Shown: positions 38,555-48,761, numbered from the stretch's first letter. The stretch is 64,000 bases of DNA from Vulcanimicrobiota bacterium (GCA_963820825.1 CAWGBN010000002.1:96001-160000), one strand, 5' to 3'. A program made the numbers and translations. The notes: generated from the sequence alone by a model not told the origin.

Positions 38555-41500
38555 TTATAGCTTGACTTGCAGCGAAAAGTAGAGGTTGAGCGCGAGCGGA
38601 TAGTTACCGGAGTTCGGGTCGCCGTACGACGCGGCGAAGGACTGCGCGAAGTACGGATTCTCCGCAACGCCGTTCGCTTTGGCGTCGAATGGGCTGCTTC
38701 CGTTATAGAAGTAACCGCCGTTGTAGAACGTGTTCGAGGTGTAACCGCAGACGACGCTGTTCGCCGGGTATGCCCGCGACCACGGCTCGCTCGAGCCGCC
38801 GAAGCACTGGTTGACGAGATTAGTCACGACCAGGCGCCCGGAGACGCGCGGGGTGAAATCGTACGACATTTGCACGCCGAGATTAAAGTTCCACGGCTGC
38901 CGGAACTCGCCGAACGTATCGAACGTGCCCGTCTGCGGGTTGGGAATGAAGAGATAACCCGGAGTCGTGCCGTCGCTGGTCAGCGCCTTTCCGCACGACG
39001 TATAGTCGGCCATCAGCGGAGTTGAGGTAGCGATTCCCCGCGAGCCCTGATTGGCGAAACAGCTTCGCGGATCGAGCCCTTGAACGTCGGCCGGCGTACC
39101 GTAGGTCGTGCCTTCCAAGAGCTCCATCGCCGGCGTGAGGGCAAACTTCCCGTGACGGTAGTTCATGACCACCGCAAACGTATTGGGCGAGATGTACGGG
39201 AAGTCGAGGCCCGGAGCGTACCAGCCGTGGGGATCGAGCGTCGCCTCCGGCGACATATGGTAGTACGGATTGAGGATTGACGCCGACGGGCACGTCGGAG
39301 CCGGTATTCCCTTGCCGTTGGGCCGATAGCAGGGCGCCCCGCCGCCTGCTTTTGTGAGCGCGTTGAACTCTTCGATGTCTTGGTTATACTGGTCGACCGG
39401 GCCGATCGGGCTATTGAGGTAGTTGTTCCATTTCTCGGCCGAGTTCGTATACGTGTAGGCGAACGTTCCCGAGAATCCGTTCCTGCTGAAATCGCCCTTG
39501 GTAACCAACAGCTCCACCCCGTCAACGCGTTGCGTTCCCGCGTTGAACGACGGTGAGACGTTCAGGCTCGGAAGGTTCGGCGTCTCGTAGAGCTGGTCGG
39601 TCGCGTAGCGATAGTACGGCGTCAGCTTCACAGCCAGGTCCGTTCCCTTGAAGTGATGCTCGACCGAGAAGTCGTAGTTGTCCGAGAACTGCGGCTGCGC
39701 TTCGTGCAGCGGCGAGCTGTAGCCGAAGGGGATGAAGCCGAGCAGCTGCGAGGCAAGATTCGGCTCCAGCGTATTATACTGAATCTCGTAGTTCTGCGGC
39801 TGCTGCGCGTACCGCCCGAGCGAGGCACGCAGCACCGTATCGGGATTGACCGTGTAGGTCGCCGAAATGCGCGGCAGCACGTAGCCGACCGAATACGAGG
39901 ACGGATAGTTGTTGGTCAGCAGGATGCCGTCGGTTCCGTTCGGGTGAACGGTCTGTACCGGCGTCCCGGTCGAGCGGTCGATCGGGCAATTGAACGAAAC
40001 GTACGGCGTGTAGACGTAGATGCTCTGCGGCGGCTGGGGCACGAAGATCGGTTGCCGCGTCACCGGATTCACGCAAAACTCACGCTGCGCGGCGGCAAAC
40101 CAGAAGTTCATCGCCGGGTTGTTGGTATCGGCCAGGTCGTAGGTATCGTTTTCGAAGCGGACGGCCGCGTTGATATTCCACGCGTCGCCGGGACGCCACT
40201 GATCGCTCAGCGCCGCGCTGGTGATCTTCGGCGAGACCGCGTTGGCGAAGCCTTGATTTCCGGAGTAGGTCAGCAACATCGAGGCACCCGCGGTGCAGGC
40301 CGGCGCGTTCGAGGCAAGCTCGCCATCGCCGCACGGATTCTGGCCGTTGAATCCGCCGTAGGGACTGCCGAACTGACCCTGCGATACGTACTTGTTGCAC
40401 GGCGCGGGGTCGCCGACCGGATACTTCGGGCTGCTATACGTGGCGAAGCACTGCGAGCCGTTGGTGAAGTTGCTCACCTGCTGGCCCGACGTGTTGTAGT
40501 AGTTCTGGTTGTAGTACCGCAGGGTGTTCGAAGTGATGTAGGAGGCCATGCCCTCCAGCAAGTGCTGGTTGGAGATCTGATCGGCGAACTGCAGCTCGAG
40601 GCCGCCCGTGTGCGAATTCACCTCATACTGGTAGTTCGTAACGCCGAGCGTAACGTTGTTCCCCCAGCCGTTCGGGCTCGCACGGTTGGTGTTCGAGTAG
40701 AACGTGTAGCCGAAGAGCCGAACGTAGGCGGTCGAGCCGAGATTCTTCTGATATTGCAATTTCGCGATGCTGGACGTATCCCAACGGGCGTCGCGGAAGT
40801 TCGACGGCACGAGCTGCGCGATCTGATTGCCGTGCGCGTCGATCGGGCAGGCATTCGGTACGCCGGTAACGTTCGCGCAGCGTCCCGTCGGCGATCCGGG
40901 ATAGTAATAGGCGAGCACCCGGGTCGATGCCGGCGCGAGCCACGGCGTGTTACCGGGAAACGTGTAGAAGTCCGGCCACTGGTTGATGTTGCCGCCGTAG
41001 AAGTCGTGGGGAGGGTAGAGCGTCCCGTTGTTCTCGATCCCCAGGCCTAACGGTCCGGCATCGTCGAGACTCGAATAGTACTGCGTGTAATTGGCCGACG
41101 ACATGTAGAGCATCTGGACGTCGTCGCGCCCGGCGTCGTGCCGGTGGGGAATGCCGACGTGGAAGTTTGCGACGACGTCGCGGCTGTCGACGGCCGAGGC
41201 TTGACCGAAGTTCGAGGGATAGGAGCCGAAACACCCCGGATCGCTCGAGAGAAACTTCGTTGCCGGATTGCTATAAGTCGTGTTGTTCCGGCAATCGGGA
41301 TATACCGCAGGCCAGAACGATAGGAACGTCGTTTCGTACGACGGCCAGTACCCGTACGGGATCGTGTCGATCAGGCTTGCGCCGTTGAACTGATCGAAAT
41401 AGCGAAGAGCCTGATTCGTTCCGCTGACGCCGACGTAGTAGGAGAACATGCGATCCGGCGTCGAGCCGCCGGCTTCGAGCCGCGCGTCGTGATAGAAGGT

Positions 41501-42306
41501 CGGCGTTCCCATTGCAAGGCCGCCGACGGCAAAACCCGGATAAGTTCCGGTCTTGATGACTTGATTGATGAAGCCGGCGAGGCCCGTCGCATTTGCGTCG
41601 GCTTCGCCGCCGCCGGCATAGATCTGCAGCTCTTGCTGGCCGAGCGTCGTCTCGGAGTTCCCCGGATAGTTATCGAACGATCGGTTGATCGGTACGCCGT
41701 CGTACTCGTAGCCGATCTGATCGTAGTATCCGCCGCGAATGTAGACGGTCTGATTGACGCCGACTGATTCGGCGGCACGTACGAGCCGGGCATCGCCGCA
41801 ATCGCAGAGTAGGCGTTGTTCAAACCGCCTCCGCCGCCGAGCGTCGCCGCGGCGGTGGTCAGTCCCGGATTGACCGAGTATACGTCGGTGCCCGTTCCGG
41901 GGCGCACCGGACTGAGCGACGAGCGGGACGTGACGCGGGCAATCTGCTTGAGACTCTTCTGCAGCGCTATCGGCAGCGATTGGCTTTGATCGGCGAAGAC
42001 CGAGATGCCGGTGATCGCGACCGTATCGTATCCCTCGTGCACGACGGTGATGGTATACGTCTCGGGCGCGAGCGAGAGAAAGGTGTAACGGCCCGCGGCA
42101 TCCGTCGTGACCCGAGCGACTTGCGACGGACTCGTCGCCGTCACTTCGGCACCGGCGATCGGCGCCCGGGTCGACGCGTTGAAGACTGTTCCGGTAATCG
42201 TACCCGTCGTACCGGCTATCGCTTCTTGCTCTCCAAGGCAAACGAGCAACGCCGCAACGAGCAGCGCGCAGACTAACGAAGAGAGAGACCAGCTCCTCAA
42301 GTTCAT
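38555..42306 (-). CDS. TonB-dependent receptor with N-terminal carboxypeptidase-regulatory-like domain; one apparent frameshift near 41765
   Basis: ORF 42306 gives signal peptide, GTTGTITGTV and plug start; second frame continues VYIRGG..YEYDGVP through a barrel ending YFSLQVKL. Confidence 0.8.
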
Positions 42307-42389
42307 CCCTCCAACAGCAGCAACTCAGGAAGGCACTTAGCGCGTTTGAGCGGTATGCTCCTTCATTGCGCTTGCTATTGGAGGACACC

Positions 42390-42926
42390 ATGAATAGCTT
42401 ACTCACACGCAAGGCCGTCGGCGCGGCGATTGGCCTGGCTCTCTTGACCGCATGCGCGGGCAGCTCAAGCGCCGGCGGCGTCCCGGCTGCCGGATCCTCG
42501 ATGCCGACCACGGCGAGCCGCGATCGCGGCGCGACCTATCCGAATCTCAGCGGCGAATACGCCGGCAAGTTCGTCGACAATGCGTACGGGAAGGGCAAGG
42601 GGAGCGCGATCTACGCTCAGTACCAGAGCGCATTCGGCGGCCAGCTGACGATCAAATATGCGACGAGCACCCTCTCGGCCTCGGTCTCCCAGACCGTTAG
42701 CGGAAGTTCCGTCAACGGGAGCACGGCCGGCGGCGCGGGGAGCCTCTACTGCACGTTCTCGACGACCGCGACCTACGACAAAGCGACCCACATTTTAAGC
42801 GGCTCGTACACGGCGGCGTACGGCTGCGCCGGTGAAACCGGAACGTTCTCGCTCAAGCATCTCTGCGTTTTCAAGGGCACGACGCACGAAGATATCCGTC
42901 CCGATAACGGACCGCGCCCCTGCTAG
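42390..42926 (+). CDS. Hypothetical lipoprotein
   Basis: GGAGG RBS, ATG 42390; lipobox LTAC. Confidence 0.75.
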   Translation: MNSLLTRKAVGAAIGLALLTACAGSSSAGGVPAAGSSMPTTASRDRGATYPNLSGEYAGKFVDNAYGKGKGSAIYAQYQSAFGGQLTIKYATSTLSASVSQTVSGSSVNGSTAGGAGSLYCTFSTTATYDKATHILSGSYTAAYGCAGETGTFSLKHLCVFKGTTHEDIRPDNGPRPC

Positions 42927-45620
42927 TAGGATAGCGCGTTCGATAGGCCTTGATCTTGAGTCCAGCTCGCGCCTTCGGATAGTAGCTGCGCGAGGTCGGA
43001 CGCTTGCAGTTTCTGCCGGAGGCTGGCGTGGAGGCCGGCGATCGTCATCGTATCCGGCGGAAGCAGCTCCCAGCCGAACGTTCGGAACTGCTCTTCCGCG
43101 TAGCCGATGAGGCGCGCGCGCAATTCGCGGCCGCTCTTCGCCGGCCACGACGGCGAGATACGATATTGCGAGTGCGGCGAGGATTTCGTGCCGCGCCTTT
43201 ACCGCGAGCGCGAGCGCCCGGCGCGCGAAGGGCTCGGCCCGCGTCCGGTCGCCCGCTGCGAGGAGGGCGCTGGCGATGTCGTTGGTGAGAGACGTCAATG
43301 CCGCATCGCGATCGGCGAGTTCGGCGGCCTCGAGCAGTCGCCGCGCGGCGTTGTCGTGATTGCCGACGTTGTTCTCCCACTGGCCCCACCACTGCAAGGC
43401 TCGCGCCGTATCGTCGGCACGACCGAGCAATTGAAAGAGCGCCACACTCTCCTCATACCGCGCGCGCACCGAATCGGCTCCGGTGTCGCCGAAGGCCTCC
43501 GCGCACCGCCGGAGTACGTCGGCCAGTAGCCGCCGGTCGCCGCTATCGCGCGCAAACTGCAGCGCTTCTTCTGCCGCCGGTTTCGCCTCGTCGTAGCGCG
43601 ATTGCGGCGCGTATCGCGAAGCGACTTGCGAGAGCGCTCGCGCCAAGCCCCGCCGGTCGCCGACGCCTCGATAGAGCGCAGCGGCGATCAATGCCTCGTC
43701 GAGACACCTCTGCTCAGCGCCGGTGGAGCTATACAGCATCGAGAGCCCGTATCGCAGCCGCGCCTCAACCGACGCAGGCAATGCAAAGGCACCTTGCAGC
43801 ACGCAATCGCTCCACTCGATTCCTTCGGCGAGAAAGCCCAGCCGCAAGAAAAGAATCGTCGCATCCGCGACCAGTTGCCCGCCGAGCACGGCAGCGTTGC
43901 CTTCCTCGACGCTCCAACGCAAGGCCGCGCGCACGTTTGCAAGCTCTCGCTCGGCGCGTACGAGCCAATCCGCAGCCGGACCCTTCTCCCACTCGTCGTA
44001 TGCCGCGGCGGCAAACGCCGCGAACGCGGCGCAGTGGCGTCGCCTCGCCTCGTCAAGCTCGCCCGATTCGACGAGCCTCTCCCAGCCGTATTCGCGAATC
44101 GGCTCGAGCAGACGGTAACGCTGATCGGCTTCGTCGACGTCCACGACGACGAGCGAGCCGTCGGCCAGCGAGGTGAGCATATCGAGGATCCGCCACTCGT
44201 CGTCACCCTCCCCGCTGCAGACTTCGGCGGCGTGCGCGACCGTAAATCCCTTGAGAAAGACCGCAGCCCGGCGGAGAACCCGTCTCTCGTCGTCGGTCAG
44301 CAGCTCGTAGCTCCAATCGATGAGCGCGCGCATCGTCTGTTGGCGCGGACGCCGGTCGCGTCCGCCGGTCAGCAGGCGGAGTTCCAGATGCGAAGCGAGG
44401 CTCTCCACCGATATCGTTCGCACGCGCGCCGCGGCAAGCTCGATGGCCAATGCGATGCCGTCCAATCGCAAGCAGATCGCTTCGATCGCGGCCGTCTTGG
44501 CCTCGAGGTGGAATGCGGGATTGGCCGCGCGGGCACGGTCGGCGAAGAGCTGGACTGCCGAAGCCGGATCGAGCGTGGCGAGGCGATAGACGCGCTCGGC
44601 CGAGATATCGAGCGGTATTCGGCTCGTTGCGAGCACGGTCAGGTGCGGACACCGCTCGACGAGCCGAGCGACGATCGGCGCCACGTCGGCGACGAGATGT
44701 TCGCTATTATCCAAGACCAGCAGCAACTGGCGCCGCCTGAGAAACTCGATGAGATCGTCGAGCGGGTCGCCGTCGTTCGAAGGCTCCGCGCCGACGGCTG
44801 ATAGAATCGTACCGGCGATCAGCGCCGGATCGCCGACGGCCGAGAGATCGGCAAACCAAACGCCGTCGCGCTCCTCGTTGAGGCGGGCCGCCGCAATTTC
44901 CAGCGCGAGCCGCGTCTTGCCGATGCCGCCGGCGCCTGCGACGGTAACGACGGAACCTTCGTCTAACAGCGCCTCGACGCGAGCGAGATCGTCGTGGCGT
45001 CCGACAAAGCTCGTGCTCTGCCGGGGAAGATTGTTCGGCGGGGTTCGCAACGCGCGCAGCGGCTTGAACTCGGAGCGCAATCCTTCTCCGACCGCCTGAT
45101 ATATGCGCTCGGGCTCCTTGATGCCGCGCAGTGGAACGGTGCCGAGATTACGCAGCGTGATGCCGGCCGGAAGCTTTCCGAATGCCAGCTCTGCGGCAAA
45201 TGCGGAGAGCACGATCTGGCCGCCGTGCGCGGCGGAGAGCAGGCGCGCCGTGCGATTGAGGGCGGTGCCGAAGTAATCGCCGGAGCGCTCGTCGGTTTCA
45301 CCGGCATGGATCGCCATTCGAACGCGCAAGCCGTCGACCGCGCGAAAATCCTCGCGTTCGAACCGGCGCTGCACGTCGGTCGCAGCCTCTAACGCGTCGG
45401 CCGCACTCCAGAAGGCGGCACAGAATGCGTCGCCGATCGTTTTGAAGACGTAACCGCGCCGAAGCTCGATCGCTTCACGGAGGAGTTCGTCGTGACGGCG
45501 CAGCGCATCGCGCATTCCCTCGCCATACTGCTCCCAGCGCCGCGTACTCGCTTCGACGTCCGAAAACAAGAACGCAACCATCCCGGTCGGCAGAGCAGCT
45601 GGGGCATCGGGCACGTGCAC
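42923..45620 (-). CDS. Class III cyclase - STAND ATPase - TPR protein; apparent frameshift near 43115
   Basis: FLFSDVEAS, KTIGDA, GAGGIGKT, LVLDNSEH and LDGIALAIELAAA; the typical C-terminus ARLIGYAE.. is in the adjacent frame ending at 42923. Confidence 0.85.
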
Positions 45621-45638
45621 CTCTTCCGCCCGCGGGCA

Positions 45639-46334
45639 TCACGCGCCCTTCGCCGCCTTTTGCTCGCCTCTGCCCGGACGCGCAAAGAAGAGCGTCATCG
45701 CAAGCGCGGCGAGGATGGCGCCGGTGCACGGACCGGCGACATAGATCCACATGAGATCGGCCGCTCCGCCGAGGAGTTGCGGCGGGATCGAACGCGCGGG
45801 ATTCATCGAGGCGCCGCTGATCGGTCCCGCGGCGAAGCCGCAGGCCGCAACCGTTAGACCGACGGCGAGCGCCGCTTGTTTACCGACGACCGCCTCTTTT
45901 GCGGTCATGAGGATCACGAGCATGAGCAGAAACGTCAGCACGGCCTCAACGATTGCCGCCTGCGCGTGCGTGTACGAGGGACCGGGATGACTCGCGCCCA
46001 GGACGAGCGCGTGACCCCAGAGCGCGAAGAGCAGCAGTGCGGCGCCAAAACCACCGGCGAACTGTGCGAGCCAATACCAGAGCATCTGCGCCACCGGCAT
46101 CGCTCGGCGCACGACGAAACCGAGCGAGACGGCCGGATCGATGTGGGCGCCGGAGACCTGCGAGAAGGCGTAGATCATCGCCGCGGTGATAAAACCGCGC
46201 GCCAGCCAGCGCGAAACGTAATCGACGTGGCCGGCACCGGTGTAATACAGCACGTCGACGCCGGTCGCGACGAGCGTTTGGAAGAACGTGCCGAGGAGCT
46301 CGGCACCGAGCTTGCGTGCCACCTCCGATTTCAT
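45639..46334 (-). CDS. MIP/aquaporin channel
   Basis: AELLGTF, SGAHIDPAVS, SGASMNPARS and WIYVAGP. Confidence 0.9.
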   Translation of the reverse strand: MKSEVARKLGAELLGTFFQTLVATGVDVLYYTGAGHVDYVSRWLARGFITAAMIYAFSQVSGAHIDPAVSLGFVVRRAMPVAQMLWYWLAQFAGGFGAALLLFALWGHALVLGASHPGPSYTHAQAAIVEAVLTFLLMLVILMTAKEAVVGKQAALAVGLTVAACGFAAGPISGASMNPARSIPPQLLGGAADLMWIYVAGPCTGAILAALAMTLFFARPGRGEQKAAKGA

Positions 46335-46476
46335 ACCCGTACTCGCCGCCCACCCAAGCGGGCGCGTTCGATCTATGGCAAGTTGGGGCTGCGCAATCGC
46401 TCAGAGCTCCAGCATTCGTCGGCCGCGCCGATAGGGCGCGGCCGAAGGACTAGAAATAACCCCGCGAAGCGGTGGC

Positions 46477-48027
46477 TTAGTTGTAGTGGCGCTTGTCGCG
46501 CAGCATCGTCACCGGCGCGACCGGCTTCGATAGCGCGGCAACCAGCTCGGCCCGACTCTTCACGTTAAAGGTTTGGAAGAGCTGCGAGAGCTGGTTGCGG
46601 ACGGTGTTCGGACTGCGGCCGAGAACCGTTGCGATCTCCGCGTTTCGTCGTCCGGCGCGAACGAGCTCGAGCACTTGCCGCTTCGCCGGCGGAATCCGAT
46701 CGAGACGCAGCACCGAGGTATTCGTCGCCTCCGCGACGCGGCGGGCGATCCAGCTGTGCGGCCAGGGGTCGATCTTGCGCGCGGCGCGCTGCACCCATTT
46801 GCGATCTTTCGTTACGTCGTAGAGCGCCAGTGCGCAGAGCGCGGCACGCCATGCATAGTTGAAATCTTCGAAGATCGACCAGGCTTCGGTGAGGGCGGCC
46901 TTGCCCTCGTCGACGTCTCCCAACCGAAGCCACGCCACGCCTTGGGAGTATGCTTCAAATCCCTTGACGCGCGGATCGGTGCCGTACGAAAGAATCGGGA
47001 TGACCGACGTCGTCAGCGTCCGGAATCGCGCGAGGTATTGCTCGGCGATGGCCGGATCGTCGTGCGCGAAGAGCTCCGCGAGGACGAGCAACGCCGACCG
47101 TTCCTCGCCGGTGACGTCGTTCCACGAGACGCTCTGCGCGATCTCGTGCGCCTCTTGAATCTGCTCGGTCGCGAACGCATACTCGCCGGTGTTACGGGCC
47201 AGCAGCGCTCGATCGAGGAAACAGAGGACGCTCCAGTGATTGGATGGCGCGAGCCGCGCCGCTCGGCGGAAGCCGGCGAACGCGGCAAGCTCGTTTCCGT
47301 CGAGCTCGTCGATCGCCGCGAGAAAGCGCGTGACCTGGAAATGCTCGAGCTGCAGACCCTTCGTCCACGGCAGCCCTTCGAAGATGCTGCGGACCCGGTC
47401 GGCGACCTCGCGCAACGGGAGCTCGCGACAGAGCAGCGCAAGCGTGAAGAGCGCGTTGGCCCGGAAGTACTGGTCGGCCGCTTCGGCGGCATCGAGCTCG
47501 TCGAGCGCCTTCTGCAGCTCGTCGACCTGGCGAAGAATCTCGCCGCGGCGCAACGCGATCCACGAGAGTAGAATATGCGCCCGCGCGCGATTATTCGGAT
47601 CGGCCGAACGCAGCTCGGTCGAGGCTGCCTGCTCGGCCTCGCGGTGGTCCTGCCTCATCCATGCAATAAGCGCTTTATAATGAAGGGCGTCGTAATACCA
47701 GGCGCTCTGCGGCGAGAGCTCGTTGAGCGCCCGCTCGATCAGGCGCGTCCCGGCGACGTAATCTCGCGTGAGTCCCAGCGCGGCACCGAGCAAGACGTCG
47801 CGCGCTACCCGGACCTCCGGCGACGCCTTCGGAACCTCCGAAAGCGCGCCGATGATCTCGACGTACCGGCGTTCCCGCAGCGCGAGGCGCGCGCGGGCAA
47901 GAACGGCGTCGTAACCGTCGCCGATCTCAACGAGTTCACGGCAGCGGTCAAAGTCCGCAGCCGTGAAGGCTTTTTCGAACTCCACCGCGTCAAAGCCGCG
48001 GTGGGTCAGTGCAGCGCTTGTCAACAT
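46477..48027 (-). CDS. Helical-repeat (TPR-like) sensor with C-terminal LuxR-type HTH
   Basis: C-terminal PPAKRQVLELVRAGRRNAEIATVLGRSPNTVRNQLSQLF...SRAELV; remainder is Ala/Leu-rich helical repeats; GGGG before ATG 48027 (alternative TTG 48051). Confidence 0.85.
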   Translation of the reverse strand: MLTSAALTHRGFDAVEFEKAFTAADFDRCRELVEIGDGYDAVLARARLALRERRYVEIIGALSEVPKASPEVRVARDVLLGAALGLTRDYVAGTRLIERALNELSPQSAWYYDALHYKALIAWMRQDHREAEQAASTELRSADPNNRARAHILLSWIALRRGEILRQVDELQKALDELDAAEAADQYFRANALFTLALLCRELPLREVADRVRSIFEGLPWTKGLQLEHFQVTRFLAAIDELDGNELAAFAGFRRAARLAPSNHWSVLCFLDRALLARNTGEYAFATEQIQEAHEIAQSVSWNDVTGEERSALLVLAELFAHDDPAIAEQYLARFRTLTTSVIPILSYGTDPRVKGFEAYSQGVAWLRLGDVDEGKAALTEAWSIFEDFNYAWRAALCALALYDVTKDRKWVQRAARKIDPWPHSWIARRVAEATNTSVLRLDRIPPAKRQVLELVRAGRRNAEIATVLGRSPNTVRNQLSQLFQTFNVKSRAELVAALSKPVAPVTMLRDKRHYN

Positions 48028-48138
48028 GGTCGTCCCCGGTTTAATCAACAATATGCATGGTAAAAGGGCCCGCGGTCTATACCACCGGACAATGCCGGAA
48101 GTTACTTAGTACATTCGTCTGCCTGGTTCCTTCCCGGT

Positions 48139-48504
48139 CTAGCCGTGCCCACCGCTATGAGGGACCGGGCCCCCGCCGACTGAGTCCATGTGACGAGGGA
48201 CCGGGCCGCCGCCGACCGAGTCGAGATGGCGGGTCCGGGCATCCTTACGCGGGACCGGACCACCGCCGACGGAGTCGAGGTGGTGGATGCGCGCCGCCGC
48301 GTGCGGGACGGGACCGCCGCCGACCGAGTCCATGTGCCGCATATCGGGACGCGGAACCGGACCGCCGCCGACGGAGTCGAGGTGGTGCATCATCGTTTGG
48401 TTAGCGCTTGGAAGGGGGGAACCGCCGGCAAAGCCACCGCCCGCACATCCGCCGAGCATAGCTCCTGCGAGGACGAGGCCGGCCACAGCGATCATCTTGC
48501 GCAT
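48139..48504 (-). CDS. Lipoprotein-type precursor with five identical DSVGGGPVP cores
   Basis: AAAGGG RBS; signal peptide with lipobox LGGC (Cys20); five in-frame repeats differing only at synonymous sites. Confidence 0.85.
   Translation of the reverse strand: MRKMIAVAGLVLAGAMLGGCAGGGFAGGSPLPSANQTMMHHLDSVGGGPVPRPDMRHMDSVGGGPVPHAAARIHHLDSVGGGPVPRKDARTRHLDSVGGGPVPRHMDSVGGGPVPHSGGHG
48160..48378 (-). repeat. Five 27-bp coding repeats (48352-48378, 48304-48330, 48250-48276, 48196-48222, 48160-48186)
   Basis: Consensus GAC TCN GTC GGC GGN GGY CCS GTY CCK; spacers of 21, 27, 27 and 9 nt. Confidence 0.95.
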
Positions 48505-48761
48505 CTCTGTTTACCCTTTCAGCGCCGGGAGGCGCCAGGAAGCATAAAAGGTAGTACGAATATACTAGTACCAAAAAGCCTCCAGGGATAGGGCCGCTTG
48601 GCAAACTTTGCAGAAACTAGATAAACCTAGCGGATGGCTACGACAAGATGTCGGCAAACAGCTCAGCAGGCCTCTCACTTCGAGAGGTCTAAGGGTGTTT
48701 GCCGCGGTTTGGAAGGCCCTTCCCAACCGCTAATCTCCCTTGAGAAGAAGGAACCAACTCT

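Noticed and set aside
48160..48378. 27-bp repeats with variable spacers as a mini CRISPR array
   Set aside because: Spacers are 9-27 nt and all multiples of 3, repeats vary at synonymous codon positions inside a signal-peptide ORF, and no cas genes are present
46477..48504. Peptide gene as part of a RiPP biosynthetic cluster
   Set aside because: No YcaO, radical SAM, LanM, ATP-grasp or peptidase-transporter gene is adjacent; modification in trans cannot be excluded
48598..48704. GGCAAA elements as a c-di-GMP-I riboswitch
   Set aside because: The GNRA-capped P2 stem and following GCAAAG/P3 arrangement are not present; only generic hairpins are supported
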